A stretch of DNA of 64,000 bases from Eubacteriales bacterium (GTDB taxonomy: Bacteria > Bacillota > Clostridia > Oscillospirales > CAG-272). The stretch lies in the NCBI GenBank assembly GCA_045544195.1, contig JAZPYO010000034.1:82881-146880 (forward strand), given 5' to 3'. Each line of letters opens with the position of its first letter. Position 1 is the stretch's first letter. Of this stretch, positions 49,201 through 57,906 are shown piece by piece. Position numbers and translations under genes: made by a program. The notes under the pieces were generated by a model. It was given only the letters and a program-made list of their open reading frames with translations, ran no database searches and was not told the DNA's origin.

Positions 49201-49732
49201 TAAGACCGTCGGTGCTCTTATTCTTTATAAGACAGTCGACCATATCCTCAAATCCGTTACAGGCAAATTTTTCGGGTACGTCATTTTCGTAGAAGCTGTC
49301 TATTACTCTGTCCATAACCCGCTTTTTTAACAGAAGTGCTTCAGAATCCTCCGCAATACGCATACCGCCGGGTAGACCTAATGAGGCGTAATTTTCCTTT
49401 ATCAAAGCGGAACAAAAGCCGTGTATTGTACTTATCTGTGCTGAATTGAGTGCCATCAGCTTCAGCTTGAGCGACTGATCGTTGGGATCATCCGCAGACT
49501 TTCTCGTAAGCTCCTGACGTATCCTTACCCGAAGCTCCTCAGCGGCAGCCTTTGTAAAGGTAACAATGAGCATTTTATCAATGTCACATTCACCGTTTAC
49601 AATACGGCGTATAACACGCTCTGTCAGAGTTGCAGTCTTTCCCGAGCCTGCTGCCGCTGCAACGATAAGATCGCATCCTGTGTGAGTTATTGCGTTTAAT
49701 TGTCCGTCAGTCCATTTTTTTTCGTTACTCAT
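46226..49732 (-). CDS. addA: ATP-dependent helicase/nuclease subunit A (AddA, UvrD-like helicase plus C-terminal PD-(D/E)xK nuclease)
   Basis: WTDGQLNAI...VAAAAGSGKTATLTERV (Walker A), DEYQDCN, and a C-terminal nuclease block (GVVDLFFENDDGTLTLVDYKTD). I chose the start at MSNEKKW, which gives an 8-nt overlap with the addB stop. Confidence 0.9.
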   Translation of the reverse strand: MSNEKKWTDGQLNAITHTGCDLIVAAAAGSGKTATLTERVIRRIVNGECDIDKMLIVTFTKAAAEELRVRIRQELTRKSADDPNDQSLKLKLMALNSAQISTIHGFCSALIKENYASLGLPGGMRIAEDSEALLLKKRVMDRVIDSFYENDVPEKFACNGFEDMVDCLIKNKSTDGLNDILISVFNKICSSAQGAEIIRKTAENFYNVAENGFFASPYSEVFSEMITELSDHYALRFSSFIAENSSDEMFFKKYYPALCDDLSMLESVQSSIRSCEYENALKILCKHSFASLGRATGEYDWKEPTKKLRTRLKKDIEKLKIFDDFTDSTLSDVAKKGGDMFYCLYNLIEYFDHEFEREKIKRKIMDYNDLERYTYRLLYNKNAPSELAMSLKNKYSEIYVDEYQDCNSLQDMIFAALADGNRFMVGDIKQSIYSFRGAEPDLFSEYRTKFGSDGQCGKAIFLSNNFRCSENIIDFSNLIFSSVFAQSPSVPYTEADALVFSKAPCKAEKVNLSLIEYSEDQSGDEEEAKYVADTIKHLIDNEKNENGENYTPGDFAILFRSVKKNASIYENELKKRGIPVYNGAEKSFFESSEVLLAVCLLSAIDNPMRDIQLAGLMQSPLYKFTLDEMINIRKNCGDMPLYDSLLLYAEQTQCPKVKRFIEKLELYRRKAQSMQTDKLVWYLFNDTGIFASVYDLGERSEVNARRANLMTFYEFARKFEAGAFKGLYNFINYINELIEKKTKLETVKAENDYDTSVKIMTIHKSKGLEFPVCFVCNASGKLESGRGDFYKYDKKYGFCVKIRDESGFAMYKTPMYECVAQQQHRKTVEEEGRLLYVAMTRARHRLYITCNTKSAEKLLDGSFAPNKMTPYDLYSSSSYIQMILRSLYGESEGKSYIMQVINGQSAGIQTDTEAVVEESNVSNINGFYERIKENLSFEYPYALHTTLPKKVSVSRLYPDMLDRECEASADREIPIVFEDPYEIKRANDAAQKGIATHLFMQFCDFDLVIKNGVMQEASRLVEHSFIPQSAYNDIDFSALDEFFSSELFKKASFCKANGKFFYREYRFNIYLDASLFTSNTDSSAYADERLLVQGVVDLFFENDDGTLTLVDYKTDRISNDQASIRSFINRHRTQLEYYKIALERITKRTVRNASLYSFSLGREISVDL

Positions 49733-52700
49733 CGTCTTCCACCGTTTTGCTTTCATATCTGCATATTGCTTTATACTCGCAGTATTCACAAGCGATCTTA
49801 TTGTTTGGCATTATCTTCGGACAAGCGTCCGCCTTTCCGCTTTTCATTATGTCTGCAAGCTCACCGAGCGAAGCTTTAAGGCTGTCAAATGCCTCTGAAA
49901 ATTCTTCATCCGTTATAAAAGATACCTGCTTTCCGACAGCAGCCTTGAATACTGTGCCATCACCGAGAACGGCATTTTTTATCTTTTCATCGGATATGAC
50001 CGCTCCGCTTCTTGTTATGCTTGCTTTAGCATCATCATCAGCTCTCTGAGCTGTAACGCTTTTGCTGTGATCGGCAATAGTCGGCATAGTATTAATATAA
50101 AAAACTGCCGCAGGCTTTACATTTTTACCGAATGCACCGTTATCACTCTGACAAATGCTTATCATATAAACGAATAGCTGTATATTCTCGCATTGCTGCA
50201 GATCTTCGAGAGAAAACGCGACCTTTGATGTCTTATAATCAACTATTTTGATATACGTATTTCCATCCTCATCAAACGTGTCAATTCGGTCGGCAATTCC
50301 GCCGAGAACAGCGTTTGTTCCGTCGGATAACGGAATATGCAACGCTTTTGTCTCGCTGTTATCGGAAATATGATATTCGAGCTTTACGGGCTTGAATTGA
50401 GTTGCTGAAAGCTCGCACAAGAGATTTTGCGCAGATTTTACTGTACGCTTTTCAATTCTTGTAAAGAGTGAACGTATTCGCTGATATCCGCTTTTTGTAA
50501 GATCGGCATTGAGATACGCCTTTGTGAATTCTTCTGTAAATGTATGAATGTGATCGCACAAAAGTCCGTATTCGATGTCCTCGGTAATATCACCGCTGAT
50601 ATACATCTGCATAAGCCTTTGCAGAATATAGTGCACATATGTACCAAGATCGTTTGATTCGATATCAATTTCCTTATCATTTTTAAGCCCTAATACATAA
50701 TTACAGTAATATTTGAATTTACAACGCTTGAATTCTCCTATCTTTGATTGCGACAGCTTAAGATCGCCCGAATAAAGCTCCCTTGCGGCATTTTCAGAAA
50801 GTCGGTGTACCCTGTCATATTTTACAGTCATATGCTCTGTATTCGGATCCTCTGCCAGATGATGCTTTATCGCCTCTGACTGATCTGTTGGCAGAATTCT
50901 GCCGTAAAGGTCAACAGCGCAGGCAAGCGTGTAAATATCATCCGCTTTCATACCGTCATATATTTCTCTTCCTTTCGGAAACAGCTTTTCGATTTTTGTA
51001 AAGAACGGCGATGGGCTTTTCTGTGTATTGTCGGTGTCTCTTCTGCAACGGGTAATATATACGTTTTCTCTCGAGCAGGTTGCGGTCTTGTAAAATTCAA
51101 AGCTGTTGCGCATATACATTTCACCGTCATTTTCAAGTGAGATGCCGTGGCAAACAAGCTCCTTTATATCTGAAAACGAAAATACGGTCGGCGATGAGAC
51201 CTTTGAAGGAATATCGCCTTCATTGACACCGAGGATGAAGATGCAATCAGGGTTTTCTGTTCTGAGTCTTCCTATATCTCCGATAACTACCTGGTCCTGC
51301 GATGTCGGTATTTTTCCTATATCTATCTCCGATAAAACCATCGAAAGAAGAGCTATATATTCAGTAACACTTACCGTATTATCTCCGCAGACGGATGAAA
51401 GGTCATCGCAGGCCTTGAAAAACAGGTGCCATATCTGATACAGCTCAGATCTTTCGCCGTCGTCATCGCACGATAAAATCTCGTTTTCAAGTTGTTTTTT
51501 TACATTTATCTTTAAAAGAAGATCATATATGAGCTCTGATATTTTTTTACACGTAAGACCGTCCGAAGTGAGTGCAGAGGAAAGATCGTACAACGGCGTA
51601 ATAACATAATCCCTTATGCGATTGATGTGATCAAGCATCTGCCTTTCATTATCAGTGAAGCGCGCGGAATATCCGTACGGATTCATTTCCCAGCCTTCAG
51701 CATAAAAGCGTTTTCCGGTTATTCCCCAACGTTTAACATATGCTGAAAACAGATCGGTATCCTTATATGACAAGCCCGCAAGACCTGTTTTTATGTATGA
51801 TATAACATCCTCGCGGTAAAATCCCGAGTTATGCACGTTTAAGGCTGAAAAGACCAGCTTTATAAAGGGCTTTTGCATAATGTCGGTTCGGGAAGAAATG
51901 AAAAACGGTATGTTGAACTTTTCAAATACTGCGTCGATAATTCCCTTCCATTCATCAGTATTTGCGACAGCAACGGCGAAATTTCTGTATCTTTTATTTT
52001 CAGCTCGTATTTTTTTGCATATCTGAACCGCTGCATATTCTGCTTCGTCAAACGGTGTATTGCAAACTACTGTTTTCACTTCATTTTCAACGCATTCCTG
52101 CTCTGAGCTGTCAGATCTTAAGCTATATTCAAGATGCTTTAAAGCATTGTTTTTGAAGCGTGCGGGAAAATCAAGATCGGTCAATACAAGCCTTTTTCCC
52201 TTGTCGTCTGCAATTGCTGTCAGCTTGTTTTTCGTGTATTCGCAGATACTGAGCGAAAAGCCGATATCAGCCTTTTGCGACGATGTGCAAAGAGAAATTA
52301 CAACATTGCCGCATTGCTTAAAAATATGCCCTATCACTTTATACTGCATTGATGTAAAAAAATAGAACGAGTCAATATATACACTGTCATATTCACCGAA
52401 CATATCGTGCTGTTCCAGCAGCGAAATGAGCTTTGTCATATCATCAGACGGATCGCTTAATGCAGAGCCAAGATTAGAATTATACGCATCGAATATGAGT
52501 GCTATATCCGATAGCTTGTCCTTGAGCCTTGAATTATCATCGGTAACAGTCTCAGACGCCTTATATAACTCATCAGCACTTATTCCGTTACGCTTAAGCT
52601 CGCTGACAGTGGAAAAGATACTTGATATTATCGAGCTGTCAGCGGCGGCAAGTCCTGAATACACCTTCAAATATTCGGAAATAGAGCGTGAAGCAGTATA

Positions 52701-52976
52701 AAGAAGCAGGCGGCCTGTCGTTTTGTCCGTGTAATTATATGCTATACCGCCATATTTTCTGAATGCATCGTTACAAAGACGGGAAAAGCTGCAAACGTAT
52801 AATTCAGTTGACGGAATATCGCTTGTTATATCAGCACACGATGCTTCTGCGCTTACAGCTTCCTGATCGGGAACTATGAGCATAACTTTTTTACCGTCTG
52901 AAATATCACGCCTTATTGAGTTGTAGATGAATGTCGTCTTGCCCCAGCCTGACGGCGATAACAAAAGCTGAACCAT
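49725..52976 (-). CDS. addB: ATP-dependent helicase/deoxyribonuclease subunit B (AddB)
   Basis: N-terminal P-loop SGWGKTT. C-terminal RecB-like nuclease (IADRIDTF...VDYKTSK) with Fe-S cysteines (C...CPKIM...CEYCEYKAIC). It lies upstream of addA. Confidence 0.88.
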   Translation of the reverse strand: MVQLLLSPSGWGKTTFIYNSIRRDISDGKKVMLIVPDQEAVSAEASCADITSDIPSTELYVCSFSRLCNDAFRKYGGIAYNYTDKTTGRLLLYTASRSISEYLKVYSGLAAADSSIISSIFSTVSELKRNGISADELYKASETVTDDNSRLKDKLSDIALIFDAYNSNLGSALSDPSDDMTKLISLLEQHDMFGEYDSVYIDSFYFFTSMQYKVIGHIFKQCGNVVISLCTSSQKADIGFSLSICEYTKNKLTAIADDKGKRLVLTDLDFPARFKNNALKHLEYSLRSDSSEQECVENEVKTVVCNTPFDEAEYAAVQICKKIRAENKRYRNFAVAVANTDEWKGIIDAVFEKFNIPFFISSRTDIMQKPFIKLVFSALNVHNSGFYREDVISYIKTGLAGLSYKDTDLFSAYVKRWGITGKRFYAEGWEMNPYGYSARFTDNERQMLDHINRIRDYVITPLYDLSSALTSDGLTCKKISELIYDLLLKINVKKQLENEILSCDDDGERSELYQIWHLFFKACDDLSSVCGDNTVSVTEYIALLSMVLSEIDIGKIPTSQDQVVIGDIGRLRTENPDCIFILGVNEGDIPSKVSSPTVFSFSDIKELVCHGISLENDGEMYMRNSFEFYKTATCSRENVYITRCRRDTDNTQKSPSPFFTKIEKLFPKGREIYDGMKADDIYTLACAVDLYGRILPTDQSEAIKHHLAEDPNTEHMTVKYDRVHRLSENAARELYSGDLKLSQSKIGEFKRCKFKYYCNYVLGLKNDKEIDIESNDLGTYVHYILQRLMQMYISGDITEDIEYGLLCDHIHTFTEEFTKAYLNADLTKSGYQRIRSLFTRIEKRTVKSAQNLLCELSATQFKPVKLEYHISDNSETKALHIPLSDGTNAVLGGIADRIDTFDEDGNTYIKIVDYKTSKVAFSLEDLQQCENIQLFVYMISICQSDNGAFGKNVKPAAVFYINTMPTIADHSKSVTAQRADDDAKASITRSGAVISDEKIKNAVLGDGTVFKAAVGKQVSFITDEEFSEAFDSLKASLGELADIMKSGKADACPKIMPNNKIACEYCEYKAICRYESKTVEDDE

Positions 52977-52996
52977 ATAGGTTTATTCCTTTCTTG

Positions 52997-53731
52997 TCAA
53001 ATCAGTATCGTCCCTGCCACACGCGAACGCTTGCAGCGGCGTTTATAAAAATTGATAAATCCCTTTGAGCATAGATAAATACCGTCATCGAGCCGCTTTG
53101 CGCTGAAAAAGCGCTCCTTGAGCGAACGAAATGTAACAAGACAAACGCTGTGTTTTGACATATCCTTAATAAATGTGTATGCGTATGAATCCTCAAGCTG
53201 CCGCTGTGTTACACCGTCGGCAACAAAAATATACACCGGAGCGCCGTTTTTTTCGATAAGATTGAAATATCTCCTGTTTCTCAGGTACAGCGGTACTGCG
53301 AAAAGTAAAGAAAATAACAAGACTATCGGCGCACTCGCTATCAGAAACGCGGACGAAAAAACAAACGCCGTTCCTGTCTGAAACGCGGCAAATACAACGG
53401 ATGCATATGAAATAACATTCGCAAAAATGCGGTATTTTCTCGTAAATGAAAAAAAGGTGCGCGAAAGCCTTACAGCAGAGCTATGCTCAAAGCGATTATA
53501 TGCATAGTTTATTTTTTCCTGTGTTGAATTGCGGTCATATTCGTCATACGATAGCATACGGAGCTTCGCTTCCGACAGCCTGATGTCAGTATCGTTTTTA
53601 TCATTTGCAAGCCTGTCCGCCTTCAGCCGCATTTGTAAGCATTTTTTCTTTGCGTATGCGATCTGATACTCTTTTCTGCGAATGCGGAACAGCAGCCAGG
53701 CTTCATATAAATTTTTCAGTCCTTTTTGCAT
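52997..53731 (-). CDS. Hypothetical membrane protein (N-terminal coiled/charged segment, 2-3 TM helices, C-terminal soluble domain)
   Basis: I recognise no family. Hydrophobic stretches are IFANVISYASVVFAAF and FVFSSAFLIASAPIVLLFSLLFAV. It overlaps the upstream gene by 16 nt. Confidence 0.4.
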   Translation of the reverse strand: MQKGLKNLYEAWLLFRIRRKEYQIAYAKKKCLQMRLKADRLANDKNDTDIRLSEAKLRMLSYDEYDRNSTQEKINYAYNRFEHSSAVRLSRTFFSFTRKYRIFANVISYASVVFAAFQTGTAFVFSSAFLIASAPIVLLFSLLFAVPLYLRNRRYFNLIEKNGAPVYIFVADGVTQRQLEDSYAYTFIKDMSKHSVCLVTFRSLKERFFSAKRLDDGIYLCSKGFINFYKRRCKRSRVAGTILI

Positions 53732-54525
53732 AGTTCAATGTTTCTTTGCAGAATTTTTCTGCCTCTCCAGGAAAAAGCTCTTTGCTTGAAGCGTTCGCCT
53801 TCTAGATCCGCCAGAACATCTGTACTGAGATACTCTATCCTGTCCTCTTTAAAAAAATCAATTTCTGTTGTTATTCCCGATCTCAGCATCTTTTCTGTAT
53901 GCGGGCAGACGAGCTGGCAAATATCGCATCCCCATACGCTGCCGTATTTTTTCATAAGCTCTGCCTTCTGTATCGGTAAAACGCCCTTACACTGAGTTAT
54001 TTCCGATAAGCATTCACCCTCTAAAGAAAACGGACACGCATTTTTACACAGGTCACAGCCTTCACACATTTTTATACGGTAGTCGCTTTTTGAAGTGAGC
54101 AAATTTATATCACAATCGGTGAATATTCCGCCGAGAAAAACGAATGATGAGTATTTTTCGGTTATAAGCAGTCCGTTTTTTCCAAGCACGCCCAATCCGC
54201 AAAGGCATGCAGCCTCTGTTTCACAGATCGGTGAGCTGTCGGCAAAAAGCATTGCTTTGCACGAAAACAATTGTTCTATCTTCGGAATTATCCTTTCGGC
54301 GAGCAGTGAAAAATATAAATGGTAATCCTTGCTTCTTGCGTAAAGTGAAATATTCCCATCGGTAATTCCGTTAAAATACGGCACAGCCACCATTATTACA
54401 GACTGAACGGTAAAATCGGCGCTTTTTTTGCAGTGTTGATTTCGCTTAAGCAAAGCGTATGGAATTGCCTCTGCATATTCAATTTTTTCTTCAAGAAATA
54501 TCCTTTTCAGATCATCGTTCATCAT
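53716..54525 (-). CDS. 4Fe-4S dicluster protein resembling epoxyqueuosine reductase (QueG-like, short form)
   Basis: Two ferredoxin-type motifs (CEGCDLCKNACP, CDICQLVCP) follow a DUF1730-like N-terminal half. 269 aa is shorter than canonical QueG. Confidence 0.5.
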   Translation of the reverse strand: MMNDDLKRIFLEEKIEYAEAIPYALLKRNQHCKKSADFTVQSVIMVAVPYFNGITDGNISLYARSKDYHLYFSLLAERIIPKIEQLFSCKAMLFADSSPICETEAACLCGLGVLGKNGLLITEKYSSFVFLGGIFTDCDINLLTSKSDYRIKMCEGCDLCKNACPFSLEGECLSEITQCKGVLPIQKAELMKKYGSVWGCDICQLVCPHTEKMLRSGITTEIDFFKEDRIEYLSTDVLADLEGERFKQRAFSWRGRKILQRNIELCKKD

Positions 54526-55757
54526 TTTATACCCATATCATTGTTGATAAGACTTGCGGGCCTGATTGCATTTTTTCCGAATTTGTCTGTAATTTTATCT
54601 ACTGCACTGTCGAGCCGTTGATCCCTTTCGTCATCGGCAATCTCGTCAAAAAAGGAAAGCTGGTCCTGATATTCGGTTTCATAAACAAGATTAAGTGCGG
54701 TTACTGTCATTGCCCTTATCGGCTTTTTCAGACTCCAGCATTTTTCAAATATATCAAGCGCGCACGTGTATATCTTTTTTGTTGAATTAGTTGCCATATC
54801 GAGCGGCGAGCGGCGTTGAAGCGTTTTGAAATTTACGTCCTTAATGGAAAGCTGAACTGTTTTGCATTTAATGCCCTGGTGTCTCATTCTTGCGCAAACA
54901 TCACTTGCAAGGGCGGAAATACCGGCCTGTACAGATTGAATATCACCGATGTCATGCGAAAATGTTATACCTCTGCCAACGGATTTTACTTTGTGAGAGG
55001 AATAGTAGCAGGCGACAGGCTCGTCATCTGCGCCGATGGCATATTTATACAGAATGTCTCCGGCTGCTCCAAGCCGTTTTCGCAGTATATCAGCAGGCAT
55101 CTCCGCAAGCTGACCGATAGTTGAAATGTGCATCTGATTCAGCTTTTCACCAACAGATCTTCCGACGAACAAAAGCGCACTTACATCCAACGGATACACT
55201 ATCTGCTTGAAATTATCCTGTGTTATTACGGTAGTCGCATCGGGCTTTTTGTAATCTGAGCCCAATTTTGCAAACGCCTTATTGAACGATACACCGACCG
55301 ACGCGGTAAGTCCTGTTTCCCTTTTTATCGTGTCACGGATCTCGTCGGCAATTCTTTTTGCCGTACTGAAATTAACTTCACCGTACAAATGCAGAGTTCC
55401 TGTTATATCAAGCCATGACTCATCTATACCGAACGGTTCGACAAGATCGGTATAACGCAGGTATATTGTATTTACGTACTTGCTGTACTTTTCATATTTA
55501 TCGTAATGAGGCGGAACGATAACAAGCTCGGGACATTTTTTTCGTGCCGATGCAAGTGTTTCCGCAGTCTGAATACCGTATTTTTTTGCAAGCTCGTTTT
55601 TAGCCAGAATTATGCCGTGGCGGCTTTTTTCATTTCCGCCGACAGCCATAGGTACGTTTTTTAAGTGCGGAGCGAGCGCACATTCAACTGAAGCAAAAAA
55701 ACCGTTCAGATCACAATGCAAAATATATCTGTTTTTCATAGTAATATTATAACTCAA
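54522..55757 (-). CDS. dinB: Y-family DNA polymerase IV
   Basis: ILHCDLNGFFASVE, SIDESWLD-type catalytic motif (GIDESWLDIT) and a little-finger domain. 411 aa. Confidence 0.88.
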   Translation of the reverse strand: MSYNITMKNRYILHCDLNGFFASVECALAPHLKNVPMAVGGNEKSRHGIILAKNELAKKYGIQTAETLASARKKCPELVIVPPHYDKYEKYSKYVNTIYLRYTDLVEPFGIDESWLDITGTLHLYGEVNFSTAKRIADEIRDTIKRETGLTASVGVSFNKAFAKLGSDYKKPDATTVITQDNFKQIVYPLDVSALLFVGRSVGEKLNQMHISTIGQLAEMPADILRKRLGAAGDILYKYAIGADDEPVACYYSSHKVKSVGRGITFSHDIGDIQSVQAGISALASDVCARMRHQGIKCKTVQLSIKDVNFKTLQRRSPLDMATNSTKKIYTCALDIFEKCWSLKKPIRAMTVTALNLVYETEYQDQLSFFDEIADDERDQRLDSAVDKITDKFGKNAIRPASLINNDMGIK

Positions 55758-55899
55758 TTTATTTACCGTGTCAATACCGTGTTAATGCTATATAAGCACA
55801 TTTAATTATTAATAAAATAATAAATATTTACATAAATTTAATTGTTGCGTGTTCAAAATATGTTATGATAATTCTATCTATGATAAGGAGTATCAACAG

Positions 55900-57897
55900 A
55901 TGGCAAATAAGTCAAATAACGCAACTGTTGCGGAACAAGATATTAAAATGCTCAAAGGACCTGACAAGGTACGTTTGCGCCCCGGTGTTATTTTCGGCTC
56001 TGACGGACTGTCAGGCTGTGAGCATTCTGTTTTTGAAATACTGTCAAACTCGGTAGACGAGGCAAGAGAGGGATTCGGAGATCTGATCTATGTTACCGCC
56101 TTCAATGACAGATCTATTGAAATTGAAGACTTCGGCAGAGGTGTGCCGCTTGGATACAATGAGCGTGAGATGCGCTACAATTGGGAGCTTGTTTTCTGTG
56201 AGCTTTATGCAGGCGGCAAGTACGATAACAACAGCGAGGATGCCGCATATGAGTTTTCACTTGGTCTGAACGGTCTCGGTGCGTGCGCAACGCAGTTTTC
56301 ATCGCAGTATATGACAGTAAAGTCATACTCGAAGGGGACTGTAAGCTCTATTTCGTTTGAAAAGGGATTTCCTGTGACAGAGCTTGAGGTACGCCCTATT
56401 GAACGCAAGGAAAAGAAAACGGGTACGATCATACGCTGGAAACCCGATCTTGCGGTATTTACTGATATCAACATTCCATTTGAATACTACGATAATGTGC
56501 TTAAAAAGCAGGCTATCGTAAATTCAGGGTTAAAATTCATTCTCAAATTCCAGAACGATGACGGACAATTTCAGATTCACGAATATTATTACGAGAAAGG
56601 CATTTCAGATTACGTTGAAACTCTTGCAGGGACTACCGCGTTTACCCAGACCGTTAATCTTTCCGGCAGCGGTGTCGGCAGAGACAGAGAGGATAAGCCT
56701 GATTATAAGCTGAAATTCGATATCTCATTTACTTTTTCTAACACGGTAAATGTGATCGAATATTACCATAATTCGAGCTATCTTGAACACGGCGGCTCTC
56801 CTGACAGGGCTGTAAAAAACGGATTTGTATACGCTATTGATAAGTATATCAAAAATGCGGGAAAATACACTAAAAACGAATCGAAGATACAATTCGGTGA
56901 TATTGAGGATTCGCTTATAATAGTAACTAACAGCTTTTCTACGTATACATCGTATGAAAACCAGACTAAAAAGGCTATCAACAATGCTTTTATTCAAGAA
57001 TTTATGACATCGTTCATAAAGCAAAATCTTGAGATCTTTTTTGCCGAAAACCCAATAGATGCTGAAAAGATCGCATCCCAGGTCCTTGTCAACAAAAGAA
57101 GCCGTGAATCAGCCGAGGCAACACGGCTGAACTTGAAAAAAAAGCTGACTACGAGCAACGATATAACGAATAAAATAGATAAATTTGTCGATTGCAGATC
57201 AAAGGATAAAAACATAAAAGAGCTGTTTATCGTTGAGGGCGACTCCGCTCTTTCATCCTGTAAGCTCGCCCGTATACCCGAATTTCAGGCTATTATTCCC
57301 GTAAGAGGTAAAACGCTTAACTGCCTTAAAAGCTCTTACGAAAAGATATTTGAAAGCCAGATCATCGTAGATCTGCTCAAAATACTCGGCTGCGGTGTAG
57401 AGATAAAAACAAAGCATAAGGCTGATTCGGCAGAATTCAATATCGATAACCTCAAATGGTCAAAAATTATTATATGCACCGATGCCGATGTTGACGGATT
57501 TCAGATAAGAACGCTTATTCTTACGATATTTTACCGTCTGCTTCCCTCTTTGATACGTGAGGGTAAGGTGTATATTGTTGAATCTCCGCTTTATGAGATC
57601 ACTTATAAGGACCAGCAATATTTTGCCTATGACGATAACGAAAAGAACGATATTTTAAAAAGTCTCGGTGATGTAAAATGCACTATTCAGCGTTCAAAGG
57701 GTCTTGGCGAAAACGATCCTGATATGATGCACGTTTCAACAATGTCACCTAAAACACGCCGTCTTATACGTGTGTGCCCTGCAGATGAAGCTGAAACATA
57801 CAGAATATTTGATACACTGCTCGGTGACAACATCGAAGCAAGAAAGGAATTTATATCTGAATTCGGTGCTCTTTACATCAAAGACGCAGATATATAA
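55900..57897 (+). CDS. Type IIA DNA topoisomerase ATPase (B) subunit, divergent ParE/GyrB-like
   Basis: AAGGAG lies 8 nt upstream of the ATG at 55900. GHKL ATPase region (EILSNSVDEA ... GLNGLGA). Toprim with EGDSA and the DxD motif (CTDADVDG), and C-terminal QRSKGLGE. The N-terminal signature differs from canonical GyrB. Confidence 0.8.
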   Translation: MANKSNNATVAEQDIKMLKGPDKVRLRPGVIFGSDGLSGCEHSVFEILSNSVDEAREGFGDLIYVTAFNDRSIEIEDFGRGVPLGYNEREMRYNWELVFCELYAGGKYDNNSEDAAYEFSLGLNGLGACATQFSSQYMTVKSYSKGTVSSISFEKGFPVTELEVRPIERKEKKTGTIIRWKPDLAVFTDINIPFEYYDNVLKKQAIVNSGLKFILKFQNDDGQFQIHEYYYEKGISDYVETLAGTTAFTQTVNLSGSGVGRDREDKPDYKLKFDISFTFSNTVNVIEYYHNSSYLEHGGSPDRAVKNGFVYAIDKYIKNAGKYTKNESKIQFGDIEDSLIIVTNSFSTYTSYENQTKKAINNAFIQEFMTSFIKQNLEIFFAENPIDAEKIASQVLVNKRSRESAEATRLNLKKKLTTSNDITNKIDKFVDCRSKDKNIKELFIVEGDSALSSCKLARIPEFQAIIPVRGKTLNCLKSSYEKIFESQIIVDLLKILGCGVEIKTKHKADSAEFNIDNLKWSKIIICTDADVDGFQIRTLILTIFYRLLPSLIREGKVYIVESPLYEITYKDQQYFAYDDNEKNDILKSLGDVKCTIQRSKGLGENDPDMMHVSTMSPKTRRLIRVCPADEAETYRIFDTLLGDNIEARKEFISEFGALYIKDADI

Positions 57898-57906
57898 GGA
57901 TGTACA

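Noticed and set aside
28877-49789. N-terminal extensions in the ORF track (dxr, rpsB, pyrH, whiA, PFOR, addA, topoisomerase B, NERD protein) as possible novel N-terminal domains
   Set aside because: In each case an internal Met with a proper SD matches the canonical N-terminus of the family. The extensions would overlap upstream genes or lack an SD. I treat them as artefacts of longest-ORF calling.
55758-55899. A strand-polarity switch (long minus-strand run to the left, plus-strand genes to the right) as a possible replication origin
   Set aside because: I found no TTATCCACA-type DnaA boxes in the AT-rich gap and there is no dnaA/dnaN nearby. Polarity also switches again at ~63 kb and ~12 kb, so this looks like an ordinary divergent promoter region.
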